Shown here: in pieces, positions 9,089-18,982 of the stretch | How positions within the stretch are numbered: the first letter of the stretch is position 1 | Layout of the letters: each line of letters opens with the position of its first letter | Assembly (NCBI GenBank): GCA_965207225.1 | Contig: CBDBLV010000004.1 | Coordinates: forward strand, 640,001-704,000 | Length of the DNA stretch: 64,000 bases | Reading direction: 5' to 3' | DNA from: Dehalococcoidia bacterium | GTDB taxonomy: Bacteria; Chloroflexota; Dehalococcoidia; Plut-88900 | Made by a program: the position numbers and the translations under genes | The notes under the pieces: model-generated | Told to the model about the DNA's origin: nothing | The model's database searches: none | The model's input: only the letters and a program-made list of their open reading frames with translations

Positions 9089-10639
9089 CTAGCGGCCCTC
9101 TTTGATGAAGTCCGCGACGCGTTCGGCCATGGCCATGATGTTGGCGCTTAGGTTCGCCCGCAGGGAGTGGGGCATGATGGAAGCGTCGAGCACCCGTACT
9201 CCTTCGACACCATGCACCCTGGCAAACTGATCTACGACCGCCAGGGAGTCGGAGGAAGGGCCCATCTTGCAGGTGCCTGCGGGATGATGGCCGGTCCTGA
9301 CGTTCTTCCTTAACCATTGGTCAAGGGCATCGTCGGATGCCAGTATTTCATCGGAAGGGGCTTGCCGTTTGCCGATAAGGCCATCAAAGGGGGCCCTGCT
9401 GAAGATGTCAACGCAGACCCTGACGCCCTCCCGGAACCTGGAGCGATCCAGGGGCTCCTCCAGGTAGTTGTAGTCCAGGAGCGGGGCCTTGCGGGGGTCG
9501 GTGGAGACCACCTTCATCTGGCCGCTGCAGAGGCTCATATATATGAGGAGCTGACACCCGACCAGGACCTCCGCCGCTTCGTCCAGGGGAAGGCCCGGCA
9601 TCTCCGACATCCGGTTGTTCATGCATACCACCATGTCGTTCTTCCAGGGTGAGCCCGAGGCGGTATAGCGCAGGGTGATGGCGCCCTCGGCGCACTTTTC
9701 ATCTGCCAGCCGCATCGGGGCTAGGCTCTCCCAGATCAGGTCTAGGTCCATGTGATCGCGCAGGTTCGCCCCGACTCCCGGCAAGTCCTGCACCACGGGA
9801 ATCCCCAGATTCACAAGCTGGTCGGCCGGCCCAATGCCCGAAAGGGTGAGAATGTGTGGAGAACCTATAACCCCCGCACAGAGGATGATCTCGTCTCCGT
9901 AGACAGTGAACATCTCGCCGCCGCTGTTCACCAGCAGGCCCTCGGCCTTGTTGCCCTCGAATATGATGCCGTGGACTTCGCAGTTGGGTCGGATGTTGAG
10001 ATTGACGCGGTGCCGGGCGGGGTTGAGGTAGCCTAGAGCGGTACTCCAGCGAACCCGGTCAACAACGTTGAAAGTTAGCGGGCCGACGCCGGTGGAGTCG
10101 GGACGGTTGTGGTCCGGGCAATCAGGGAAGCCGTAGTCCAGGCAGGCGTCATAGAAAGCCTTCTGGAAGGGCCCCCATTCTTCAGGGGTGAAGCGGCGGC
10201 AGCGGATGGGACCCGACTTGCCGTGATAATCGTCGTCGAAATCTTCGTCTGACTCCGTCTTCTTGAAGTAGGGGAGAATCTTCTCGAAGGCCCATTCGTC
10301 GTTGCCGGCCTCTGCCCAGAGATCATAGTCTTCCCTTTCTCCGCGGAGGAAATTGGCCCCGTTTATGGCGCTGGTTCCCCCCGTGACCCGACCGCGTGGG
10401 ACCATGGTGGGAATAGCCTCGTCAGTGGTGCGGGCCTCGAAGTTCCAGAGGTGGTGGCTTTCGAAGACCGTGGGTCGGGGGCCGTAGACGTATTTCAGTT
10501 CGTCGGGAAGGTGGTCAAGGTCGGCAAAATCGGCGCCGGCCTCGACGAGGAGCACCGACCGATTGGGATCTTCCGAGAGCCGGCTGGCCATGACTGCACC
10601 ACCGGAACCCGCGCCAACGACGATGTGGTCGTATTTCAT
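9089..10639 (-). CDS. GMC family oxidoreductase (choline dehydrogenase/MftG-like)
   Basis: YDHIVVGAGSGG FAD motif, PRGRVTGGTSAING, HPAGTCKMG, RVLDASIMP. Confidence 0.92.
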   Translation of the reverse strand: MKYDHIVVGAGSGGAVMASRLSEDPNRSVLLVEAGADFADLDHLPDELKYVYGPRPTVFESHHLWNFEARTTDEAIPTMVPRGRVTGGTSAINGANFLRGEREDYDLWAEAGNDEWAFEKILPYFKKTESDEDFDDDYHGKSGPIRCRRFTPEEWGPFQKAFYDACLDYGFPDCPDHNRPDSTGVGPLTFNVVDRVRWSTALGYLNPARHRVNLNIRPNCEVHGIIFEGNKAEGLLVNSGGEMFTVYGDEIILCAGVIGSPHILTLSGIGPADQLVNLGIPVVQDLPGVGANLRDHMDLDLIWESLAPMRLADEKCAEGAITLRYTASGSPWKNDMVVCMNNRMSEMPGLPLDEAAEVLVGCQLLIYMSLCSGQMKVVSTDPRKAPLLDYNYLEEPLDRSRFREGVRVCVDIFSRAPFDGLIGKRQAPSDEILASDDALDQWLRKNVRTGHHPAGTCKMGPSSDSLAVVDQFARVHGVEGVRVLDASIMPHSLRANLSANIMAMAERVADFIKEGR

Positions 10640-10657
10640 GACAAACCTCAAGATGGT

Positions 10658-10688
10658 GACCACGGGAGGGTAATCCCCTCCCGTGGTC
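10658..10688. terminator. Intercistronic 13-bp stem hairpin between SBP and GMC genes
   Basis: gaccacgggaggg-taatc-ccctcccgtggtc. Confidence 0.5.
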
Positions 10689-10745
10689 TATGACTCTCGG
10701 ATTCAATTGTGATCGCCTATAGGCAGGTATGCCCGGGGGCAATCT

Positions 10746-11720
10746 CTACGGGATCCAGGCGCTCCAGACGTCCTCGTTGGCATCTATCCACGCTTGGGCA
10801 GCCTCGCGAGGAGTTACTTCGTTCTCAGTGACGTTAAGGACCATCTCGTTCTGCTGATCGTTAGTCAACTGGAAGTTGGACAGGAATTCGTAGACCTCGG
10901 GGAATTCGTCCTGGAGGCCGGGCCAGACCAGCTTGGCAACGTCGTCGGCGGGCCAGCCGCACTTGAAATCGTCGGCGTTGCCTGCCGGGTAGCAGTCGTC
11001 GGTTAGCGGCGGAAGCTCGATGGATACCAGATCGTACTTGGCGTGGGCCCAGTGGGGTTCCCACAGGTAAGTGAGTACCGGATCGCCGCGGTTGAAGGCA
11101 GCGTCGAGTTCCGAAAGAGCGGCTGCTTCAGATCCTGCGAAAACGACCTGGTAGTCGGCTCCCATGGCATCGAGCCTCTCCTGGCTTCTGTCGTCCCAGG
11201 CGGGGGTGAAACCGAGGAGCCTTCCGCTCTCTCCTGTGTCGGCGGTGGCGAAGACGCTCTTGAACTGATCGAGTTCGTCCCAGCTGTCCAGGCCCGGGGC
11301 AGGGGCGTCAGCACCCTCCACGACATACGAGGGGGTGTACCAGCCAGTCCCGCCGCTGATCCCTGTAGAGCCCAGGCGTTCGACGGACTCCTTGCCGCCG
11401 GCATTCACGTATTCGTCCAAAAGGGCGAAGCTGTAGGAGGGCCAGTTACAGCAGACAAAGTGGAAGTCGCCGGACTCTAGCCCGATAAACAGAGGCGCTG
11501 AGTCGGCAGGTGCAAACTTGGTCTCGACTGTATAGCCCAATTCATCTTCAAGGAGGATTTGGACCACGCGGGTGGTGACAAGTTGGCCGTCCCAGTCCTG
11601 GTCAACGATGACCACGGTGCCCTTGGGCTCGTCGGCGCCGCAGGCAAGGGCCACAGCCAAAACAACGATCAGGGCAAGGGCCACAGCCAGAATGGTCCGT
11701 TTGGATTTCAGTTTTTTCAT
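10746..11720 (-). CDS. Glycine betaine/proline-type ABC transporter substrate-binding lipoprotein (ProX/OpuAC family)
   Basis: Lipobox ALAC; GWYTPSY, YLWEPHW, AAQAWIDANED motifs. Confidence 0.88.
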   Translation of the reverse strand: MKKLKSKRTILAVALALIVVLAVALACGADEPKGTVVIVDQDWDGQLVTTRVVQILLEDELGYTVETKFAPADSAPLFIGLESGDFHFVCCNWPSYSFALLDEYVNAGGKESVERLGSTGISGGTGWYTPSYVVEGADAPAPGLDSWDELDQFKSVFATADTGESGRLLGFTPAWDDRSQERLDAMGADYQVVFAGSEAAALSELDAAFNRGDPVLTYLWEPHWAHAKYDLVSIELPPLTDDCYPAGNADDFKCGWPADDVAKLVWPGLQDEFPEVYEFLSNFQLTNDQQNEMVLNVTENEVTPREAAQAWIDANEDVWSAWIP

Positions 11721-11838
11721 GTTGGGTCTCCCTTCCGGGTTGGGAGCTTTGATTAAGAACCTTCAGACCTGATTCGCAGCTAATTTCTCATAGGCATCAC
11801 CCCTATTGGAGGGCCACTTCAGTTTGCTGACGTTGATT

Positions 11839-13827
11839 CTACCTTAATTCAGCGAGGCTTCGCATCGCCCCCCGTTTACCTTGAGTCATGCGGTCCAGGA
11901 CCATGGCCATGAAGACAATCGCCATGCCGGAGACAAAACCGTCTCCCATCCTGAGGTATATGGAACTGATATAGACCTGTTCCCCGAGGCCCCTTCCACC
12001 TACAAGTCCTCCGATTATCACCATGGCCATGACCATGATGATGGTCTGGTTGACGCCCATCATGATGGTGGGTACTGCCAGCGGCATTTTCACCTGCCAC
12101 AAGGTCTGCAGATTGGTGGAGCCGTGGGATTGGGCGGTCTCTATCACCTGGGGCGGGACTTCCTTTATGCCCAGGGCTGTCATGCGTATCACGGGGGGAA
12201 GGGCATACACAAAGGTGGCAATTATCCCTACCAGCGGGCCTATGCCCCAGAGCATGATGACCGGTATGAGATACACGAAGATGGGCATCGTCTGCATGGT
12301 GTCCAGGATGGGGCGGATTATGGATTCGAAGGTGCGGTTTTGCGATGCCAGCACCCCGAGGGCTATCCCGACGGCCACGGTTACTACACCAGCCGTCAGG
12401 ACCTGCCCGAGGGTGTCCATGGTCACGTCCCACACCCCTCCAATACCCACGAAGGTGAGCCCCACAACTGCCAGGAGGGATAATCTCCACCCGGCCGTCA
12501 GGTAGGCCAGTCCGGCAACCAGTACCATCATTGCGGGCCACGGGAGCCACAGCAGCAAGGTCTGGACGGGAGCCAGGCCAAATTCCCGGAAAAGTGTGTC
12601 TCTAATCCAGCTGGTGATGAAATACAGATTGACGGACATCCAGTCGACCACGCTCTCGACGGGGCCGGCAATGGAAAAGGTAATCTCTTCCGGGAACTCC
12701 TTGAGGAAAGGCAGCACCGCCCCTACGATCAGAAGAAGCGCTATTACTCCGACACCCACTGCCTGCGCTGGGTACCTGGAGACGAGGGCCCTGAGTCTCT
12801 CACTCAAGGCGCCTTCCGTAATCGGGGAAGTGGGTGGGGCGCTTCTCGACGTGGTCGGGCCTGTGCGGGCAAGGGCGTAGCTCAGCCGGTCAAAAATAAT
12901 AGCGACAAGGACGATGGCTATGCCGCTTTCCAGGCCCTCGCCCGGATTCACTTCCCTGAGGGAGACCCAGACGTCCTTCCCCAGCCCCGGCACCCCGACC
13001 AGCGCCGTGATAATCACCATCGCTATCGCCATCATTATGGTCTGGTTTATTCCCAGCATGATGGAGTTCTTGGCCAGGGGCAGCTGGACCTGGAATAGAG
13101 TCTGCAGGGTTGTCGACCCGTGGGAATGGGACGTTTCGACGACGGCTCGGGGGACTTGCCGGATCCCGAGATTCGTCAACCTGATGACGGGTGGAATGGC
13201 ATAAACAACGGTAAGGAACACTCCCTGGGTGCCGCTTACACCGAACAGGACGATGGCCGGGATGAGGTAAACGAAAGCAGGCAGCACCTGCATGGTGTCC
13301 AGGATGGGACGGACTATGGACTCGAAGCGGTTGTTGTAGGCGGCGAGAATGCCTACAACAACCCCGAATGCGACAGCTATGAACACCGACACCCCCACTA
13401 CGCTAAGGGTGATCATGGCCGAGTCCCAATACCCGTTCAGCCCGATCCACAGCGTCGCAGCGCCGCAGAAAAGGCCCAGCCACTTGCCTCCAAGCCTGAA
13501 TCCCGTAAATCCCGCCACGGCAACTACCACAGGCCAGGGGAGCCACAGCAGGAAGGAGTCGATTAGCTCCAACCCCCAGTCAATGACGTCCGAGAGCGGG
13601 TTGAAAAACCATGCAAAGGTATCCCCGACCCAGTCAAAGAACGTGTCTATGGGCTCCTGGATGCCAAGCTCCCAGCCAGCGGGCCAGTCGCCGAATTCGG
13701 TGCCGGCGTCGGCCCTGGAGAGGAAGTAGGCAAGGAGGTACGCAGCGACCGCAGCCGCGGCCCAGAAGTAGGCCTGATACCGACCTCCCTGGCGCAGCTG
13801 GTTCGGGAGAGCGCCGACGCGAATCAT
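11839..13827 (-). CDS. Glycine betaine/proline-type ABC permease, duplicated ProW domains
   Basis: Two copies of RPILDTMQ..P.FVYLIP / PPVIR.T.LGI / GINQTIMMA. Confidence 0.92.
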   Translation of the reverse strand: MIRVGALPNQLRQGGRYQAYFWAAAAVAAYLLAYFLSRADAGTEFGDWPAGWELGIQEPIDTFFDWVGDTFAWFFNPLSDVIDWGLELIDSFLLWLPWPVVVAVAGFTGFRLGGKWLGLFCGAATLWIGLNGYWDSAMITLSVVGVSVFIAVAFGVVVGILAAYNNRFESIVRPILDTMQVLPAFVYLIPAIVLFGVSGTQGVFLTVVYAIPPVIRLTNLGIRQVPRAVVETSHSHGSTTLQTLFQVQLPLAKNSIMLGINQTIMMAIAMVIITALVGVPGLGKDVWVSLREVNPGEGLESGIAIVLVAIIFDRLSYALARTGPTTSRSAPPTSPITEGALSERLRALVSRYPAQAVGVGVIALLLIVGAVLPFLKEFPEEITFSIAGPVESVVDWMSVNLYFITSWIRDTLFREFGLAPVQTLLLWLPWPAMMVLVAGLAYLTAGWRLSLLAVVGLTFVGIGGVWDVTMDTLGQVLTAGVVTVAVGIALGVLASQNRTFESIIRPILDTMQTMPIFVYLIPVIMLWGIGPLVGIIATFVYALPPVIRMTALGIKEVPPQVIETAQSHGSTNLQTLWQVKMPLAVPTIMMGVNQTIIMVMAMVIIGGLVGGRGLGEQVYISSIYLRMGDGFVSGMAIVFMAMVLDRMTQGKRGAMRSLAELR

Positions 13828-15059
13828 GTGGCCACCCCGTCGTTGCTAATCAGGGCGGTCATGGCGACCTCACGGGTAATCGTGCCGAGGCACTTGGTGT
13901 CATCGAGAACGGCGATGGGGGCTTCGTTGTCGATAACAAGCGGGATAAGCTCTTCGAGTCGGGTGGCAGGGGCTGCGGTTGGACAGGCATCGCGCATTAC
14001 GGAGGCAACGCTGGCGTTTTCGGTGGCGGCTTTTGCGTCGGAGAGTCGAAGAGCTCCCCTGAATTGGTCTTGATTATCTAATACAACCGCGCAGTCGCAG
14101 TTCTCTTCAGTCATCCTGGTGACCAGGTCCGACAACCCTTCATCTGCGGTGCAAGATACGCGCGCAGGTGTCATTACCGAGCGGGCCGTCAGGACCTTGG
14201 ATCGGGGCACGTCCCTGGTAAAGTCCCGGACATAGTCGTCAGTAGGCGCGGAAACCACCTCCTCCGGGGTCCCGACCTGCACAAACTCACCATCTTTCAT
14301 TATGGCCACCCGGTCCCCGACCTTGAGGGCCTCCAGGAAATCGTGAGTGATAAATACCATGGTCTTCTGGACGAGCTGCTGGAGCCGGATTAGCTGGTCC
14401 TGCATTTCACGGCGGATGAGGGGGTCCAGGGCACTAAAGGGCTCGTCAAAGAGTAGTATCTGGGGGTCGACAGCAAGGGCCCGGGCCAGGCCGACGCGCT
14501 GCTGCATGCCGCCGCTAAGCTCGTGGGGAAATCGCTCTTCCCAACCCATGAGGCCGACAAGTTCTATGACCTCGGCGGCCCGCTTGTTGCGCGCTGCCTT
14601 CTCCATCCCCTGTATCTGAAGGCCGTAGACCACGTTGTCCATTACACGCTTATGGGGGAAGTTGCCGAAGTGCTGGAAAACCATCCCCATCTTGTAGCGG
14701 CGGATGTCCCGCAACTCCTGCTTGTTCATGGCCAGGACGTCCTGGCCGTCTATGAGTACTTCGCCTCGTGTGGGCTCTATGAGGCGGCTCAGGCACCGAA
14801 CCAGGGTGGACTTGCCGCTGCCGGAGAGTCCCATGATGACAAAGGTCTCGCCTTCCCGGACGGAAAATGACACGTCCTTGACCGCGACGACGTTGCCCGT
14901 CTGTGCGAGCACCTCCTCCCGGGAAAGCGCGGGGTCTATGGAGTCGACCAGGGAGTCAGCGCCGTCCCCAAAAACTTTCCAGATGTTGCGGCATTCAAGG
15001 CGGTAGCCGGTCTCGGTTCCGGTCGTACGGTTGTCTTCCGCGGCTGTCATTCGCCTCAA
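13824..15059 (-). CDS. proV: Glycine betaine/proline-type ABC ATP-binding protein with CBS domains (start may be ATG 15050)
   Basis: GLSGSGKST, LSGGMQQRVGLARAL, DEPFSALDPLIRREMQ; C-terminal CBS pair. Confidence 0.92.
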   Translation of the reverse strand: MRRMTAAEDNRTTGTETGYRLECRNIWKVFGDGADSLVDSIDPALSREEVLAQTGNVVAVKDVSFSVREGETFVIMGLSGSGKSTLVRCLSRLIEPTRGEVLIDGQDVLAMNKQELRDIRRYKMGMVFQHFGNFPHKRVMDNVVYGLQIQGMEKAARNKRAAEVIELVGLMGWEERFPHELSGGMQQRVGLARALAVDPQILLFDEPFSALDPLIRREMQDQLIRLQQLVQKTMVFITHDFLEALKVGDRVAIMKDGEFVQVGTPEEVVSAPTDDYVRDFTRDVPRSKVLTARSVMTPARVSCTADEGLSDLVTRMTEENCDCAVVLDNQDQFRGALRLSDAKAATENASVASVMRDACPTAAPATRLEELIPLVIDNEAPIAVLDDTKCLGTITREVAMTALISNDGVAT

Positions 15060-15061
15060 AC

Positions 15062-16210
15062 CTACCTCAAGTTGTACACATCTACGGCGTTTTGGCCCAT
15101 CACTTTGTTCACGTCTTCTTCCGAAAGGGGGCTCAGCAGGTCCCTGATGGCCCCGACTACACCCGGAAAACCATCATGGTGCGGGAAGTCGGAAGCCCAG
15201 AAAAACTTGTCCGCCCCGACCTTGCTGATGATTTGTGGGATAAGCTCTTCCTCGGGTTCGAGAGATATCCAGCATTGGCGCCGGAAATAGTCGCTGGGCT
15301 GCTCCTTGAAATTAGTGGCATGGCTCTGGCTCTTGAACTTGTCGTCGAGGCGTTCGAGGAGGTAGGCAAGCCACGTGGCGCCGGTCTCCAGGAATACGTA
15401 TTTCATAGTTGGGAAACGATCGAAGGCGCCCTCAGTGATCATGTGGATAAGGGCAAGCTGGGACTGGAACGGGATGACCATGGTGACGTAGTAAAAGTCG
15501 TCACCCATGGTATCGAAGGAGCGGTTTTGGTCCTTGGCCAGGTAGTTTATCTGGCTTACAACGTGGTTGCCCAGGGGCAGCCCCGACTCTTCAACGGCCT
15601 CGTACAACGGATCGAAGTAAGGGTTGCCGTAGTAGATGCCATTGGTGGCAGTGTTGTACACCATGAACCCCTTGACCCCCAGGGCTGCGGTGCGCCGCAC
15701 TTCCGCGGCCGCTTCATAGGCATCCAGCGTAGGAATATGAGCTATGGGGTAGTGACGGTTCGAATATGACTTACAGAAATCGACTATCCAGTCGTTGTAA
15801 GCGCGGCAGTACGCTGAGGCGACCTTGGGGTCGTCACACTCATCCTCCCAGGAGATACCGATAGTGGGATACAGAACAGCCTTGTCGATACCCTCCTGGT
15901 CGTGCCAGGCAGCACGGGCATCGGGTTGGTTGGAGGCGGGAATCATTCCGTCGTAGTAGTGGACTCCGCCCGGGGTGAAGAAAGGCTCGTAGTCATCGGT
16001 CCCAAAGGCCTTGCCCGCGTCGACACCCAGCCCCGTGCCTCCCTGTACAAGCGACGATTTCTTCCCGTTTATCTCCAGGTATTCGAGGCCGTTCTCGTCG
16101 TTGAGCAGGCGTAGTGGTCTATCCCTGAACGCAGGATCAAGGTACTGCTCCATAATTTCGGTGATGGGCTCCGCAACGTGCCCGTCTACGTCTACTACTA
16201 CGCCTTGCAT
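15062..16210 (-). CDS. Amidohydrolase family protein (amidohydro_2)
   Basis: DVDGHV, AYCRAYNDW, GAFDRFP, ETGATW, WASDFPHHD. Confidence 0.9.
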   Translation of the reverse strand: MQGVVVDVDGHVAEPITEIMEQYLDPAFRDRPLRLLNDENGLEYLEINGKKSSLVQGGTGLGVDAGKAFGTDDYEPFFTPGGVHYYDGMIPASNQPDARAAWHDQEGIDKAVLYPTIGISWEDECDDPKVASAYCRAYNDWIVDFCKSYSNRHYPIAHIPTLDAYEAAAEVRRTAALGVKGFMVYNTATNGIYYGNPYFDPLYEAVEESGLPLGNHVVSQINYLAKDQNRSFDTMGDDFYYVTMVIPFQSQLALIHMITEGAFDRFPTMKYVFLETGATWLAYLLERLDDKFKSQSHATNFKEQPSDYFRRQCWISLEPEEELIPQIISKVGADKFFWASDFPHHDGFPGVVGAIRDLLSPLSEEDVNKVMGQNAVDVYNLR

Positions 16211-16281
16211 TTGCTTCCTGTGAATCCGCCTCGGTTAACCCCTTTATCTAAACGCATCAGCCCCACATTCGGTTGAAGGGC

Positions 16282-17415
16282 CTACTTAAGGTCGTAGATT
16301 CTGAGAGCGTTGCCGCCCAGGATCAGGTCCTGCTCCTCCTGGGACAGGGGGTCGAGGGTCTCCTTGAGTTCGGGGACCGGCTCTTCGTGGCCCTCTTCGT
16401 GGGGATAGTCGGAGCCAAACATGAGCTTGTGAGCCCCGACCAGCTGGGCCATGTGAGGGAATGTCTTTTCGTCGGCCTCACCGGTTATCCATCCCTGGCG
16501 ATCGAAGTACTCGCTGGGCAGCATCTTCATCTCGGGGTGGCCTGAAATCTTGTATTTTGAGTCCAGGAGCTCCATCCAGTGGGCAATCCAACCGCATCCT
16601 GTTTCCACCACCCCGACGCTCAGCCCGGGAAACCGTTCGAAAACGCCGCCCTGAAGGAAGGTGCTGAAGGCCAACTGGCAGTCCTGGTTGTACATGATTT
16701 GGAACCACCAGTAGTTGGAGTGGAAGCCGCCCTGGTACAGATGGCTGCCGGCGTGCTTTGGCGTGTTGCTGACGTGGATGCCGAGAGGTAGATTGAGGTC
16801 CTGGCAAGCCGCCCAGAACGGATCGTAGTGGTGGTCGCCATAGGGTATGTCATTGACGGGGGTGGCAAACAGGTAGACGCCCCGTGCCCCTAGCCTCGCG
16901 GCCCGATTCACCTCGATCACGGCATCTTCGATGTTGTGAAGAGCGACGTGTGCAATCGGCACCATCCGGTCGGAGTAGGGGCGGCAGAGATCGGTGAGCC
17001 ATGTGTTGTAGACGCGGCAGTAGGCGGTCGCTAGGTCAGGATCCTCAACCTCGTCCTGCCAGCCGAGAAGCAGAGACGGGTATACGATGGCCATGTCGAT
17101 CCCGTGATGGTCCATCCAGTCCAGGCGTACGTCGAAGTTGCGGGCCCCTTCCGGGACGCTCTCCTCGTAGGTCGGGCCCCCAGCCCCGTCCGCGGTATCG
17201 CGGAGGGATCTTACGTCGGCGTCCAGGCTGCCAAAGCTGTTGAATCCCCCGCCGCTCACGCAAACCGACTTCTTGCCCTCCAGTTCCATGTACTCCAGGC
17301 CGTCCGAGTCGATCCTGAGTCGAATTGCCCTGTCCCGGTACTCGGGTTCCAGGTTCTTTTCCCACAGGTCCGACGGTTCGAGGATGTGACCGTCTGCGTC
17401 TACAACCTTGGTCAT
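16282..17415 (-). CDS. Amidohydrolase family protein (amidohydro_2)
   Basis: DADGHILEP, GGVFERFPGL, ETGCGW, GSDYPHEE. Confidence 0.9.
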   Translation of the reverse strand: MTKVVDADGHILEPSDLWEKNLEPEYRDRAIRLRIDSDGLEYMELEGKKSVCVSGGGFNSFGSLDADVRSLRDTADGAGGPTYEESVPEGARNFDVRLDWMDHHGIDMAIVYPSLLLGWQDEVEDPDLATAYCRVYNTWLTDLCRPYSDRMVPIAHVALHNIEDAVIEVNRAARLGARGVYLFATPVNDIPYGDHHYDPFWAACQDLNLPLGIHVSNTPKHAGSHLYQGGFHSNYWWFQIMYNQDCQLAFSTFLQGGVFERFPGLSVGVVETGCGWIAHWMELLDSKYKISGHPEMKMLPSEYFDRQGWITGEADEKTFPHMAQLVGAHKLMFGSDYPHEEGHEEPVPELKETLDPLSQEEQDLILGGNALRIYDLK

Positions 17416-17457
17416 TGCCCCTCTCCCTTTAATGAACTTGACCCGAAGGGACCGCTC

Positions 17458-18702
17458 CTAGCCCTGGAACTCCGGCATAATCTTCGTGCCGAAAATCTCC
17501 ATCTGTTCCATCGCTTCGTCTATGGGTTGGTATCCCTGGTCCAACTGGAGGGTGAACCACTCGAGGTTGCCTCCGTCATGGCAGCGGGACAGGGAGTCCA
17601 TCTGGCGCTTTACGTCGTCCACTGTCCCGACAAGGGCAAATTCATGCTCGATAAGGCGCTGGGTGACGGCGGTGGAGTCCTTGAAGCGAAGGGGCTTGGG
17701 CTCTTCCGGGTCTTCCGGGTTGCGGAAGCCTTCCATGAACCCGAAGGCGCCGAAGTACTCGGAGTACTGCCACCCGAGCGTCCTTTCGGCCCGTGCGAAG
17801 GCCTCTTCGTAGGTATCCCCTATGTAGACGTACCGAGGCGCGGCCACGCTCTCTCCAAGCTCCAAGTCCCTCCCGTTTTCGGCGGCGGTCTCGCGGTAAA
17901 CGTGACATAGCTTGTTGAAGTCCGCGGGACGGGAGACCTGGATCTGGGAGATCATCCCTTCCCTTGCTGCGAACCTGATGCTGGTCTCGCTGAGCGAGAA
18001 GGCCATGAAAACGGGGGGATGAGGCGACTGGTAGGGCTTGGGGACTACGGATATACCTCGGATGACTCCCTCATCGTCGATCTCGCCGGGGGCGCCGCGG
18101 TCTCGGGTGATCTGGCCGAGTGCCCAGCCCTGGATGCCGTCCTCGTATGGGAAAGGGACCTCGTAGAAATCGCCCTGGTAGCTGAGAACGTCCTGGGTCC
18201 AGGCGGCCTTGATGACCTGCCAATTCTGCTCGAAGAGCTTGCGGTTGCGCTCGTTGGTCTGCGATTTGTCGGACTGGGTGCCCTTGACCCGGTATTTCTG
18301 GCCGAGTACGCCGACCCACCGGTCCTGGTAACCCCGGGCAAAGCCGGCCATCAAGCGGCCCTTAGTCAGATGGTCGAGAACGGCCAGCTCCTCCGCCGCA
18401 CGGATCGGGTCCCAGGTGGTGAGGACAAGGGCGAGGGGTGCGAATTTTATCCTCTTGGTTCTCGCAGCGAGGTCCGTATACAGGAGCAGGGGGGCCACGG
18501 ACATCTCGATGCCCTCGGAGTGGAAGTGGTGCTCGGTGGTGGAGAAGGTATCGAAGCCCAGGTCTTCCGCCGCAAAGCAAATGCGCTTCATCTCCTCTAT
18601 AAGCTCCTGGTAGCGCTCATTGTTGCGCCCTATCGGGGCCAGCTTCTCGCCGTCGGGGATTACGCCGGGAGACGCGGGGTTGGTGAAGATTCCGAACTTC
18701 AT
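17458..18702 (-). CDS. LLM class flavin-dependent oxidoreductase (luciferase-like monooxygenase)
   Basis: MKFGIF, AEDLGFD..TEHHF, DHLTKGRL..GFARG, PKPYQSPHPP. Confidence 0.92.
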   Translation of the reverse strand: MKFGIFTNPASPGVIPDGEKLAPIGRNNERYQELIEEMKRICFAAEDLGFDTFSTTEHHFHSEGIEMSVAPLLLYTDLAARTKRIKFAPLALVLTTWDPIRAAEELAVLDHLTKGRLMAGFARGYQDRWVGVLGQKYRVKGTQSDKSQTNERNRKLFEQNWQVIKAAWTQDVLSYQGDFYEVPFPYEDGIQGWALGQITRDRGAPGEIDDEGVIRGISVVPKPYQSPHPPVFMAFSLSETSIRFAAREGMISQIQVSRPADFNKLCHVYRETAAENGRDLELGESVAAPRYVYIGDTYEEAFARAERTLGWQYSEYFGAFGFMEGFRNPEDPEEPKPLRFKDSTAVTQRLIEHEFALVGTVDDVKRQMDSLSRCHDGGNLEWFTLQLDQGYQPIDEAMEQMEIFGTKIMPEFQG

Positions 18703-18982
18703 GGGATTCCTCCTTAAATCAGGAGCCGGGGAACGGATGTGAAGGTTGCCTTACCCTATAAACGGACCCACGGGCTTGGTGCCAATCCGAAGTAATGCTG
18801 GTTGCAGTTTGTGGCAACCTATTAGGTGGGGATACTAACATATCCAGCCTGACATTAGGTAGAGGTGCGTTGACCGGGCTGCACAGGGTGGATAACATCG
18901 TTCGACAAAGATGAAGGAGTCCCCTGAAACCGAACTTATGCGTGCGTTTGAGCTTGCTCACAGGGCCCCGGAATGACAGATA

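Noticed and set aside
18865-18935. TGA-CCG-GGC-TGC (UxxC) as a hidden selenoprotein upstream of 18983
   Set aside because: In-frame TAG five codons upstream and a stop soon after; no credible ORF
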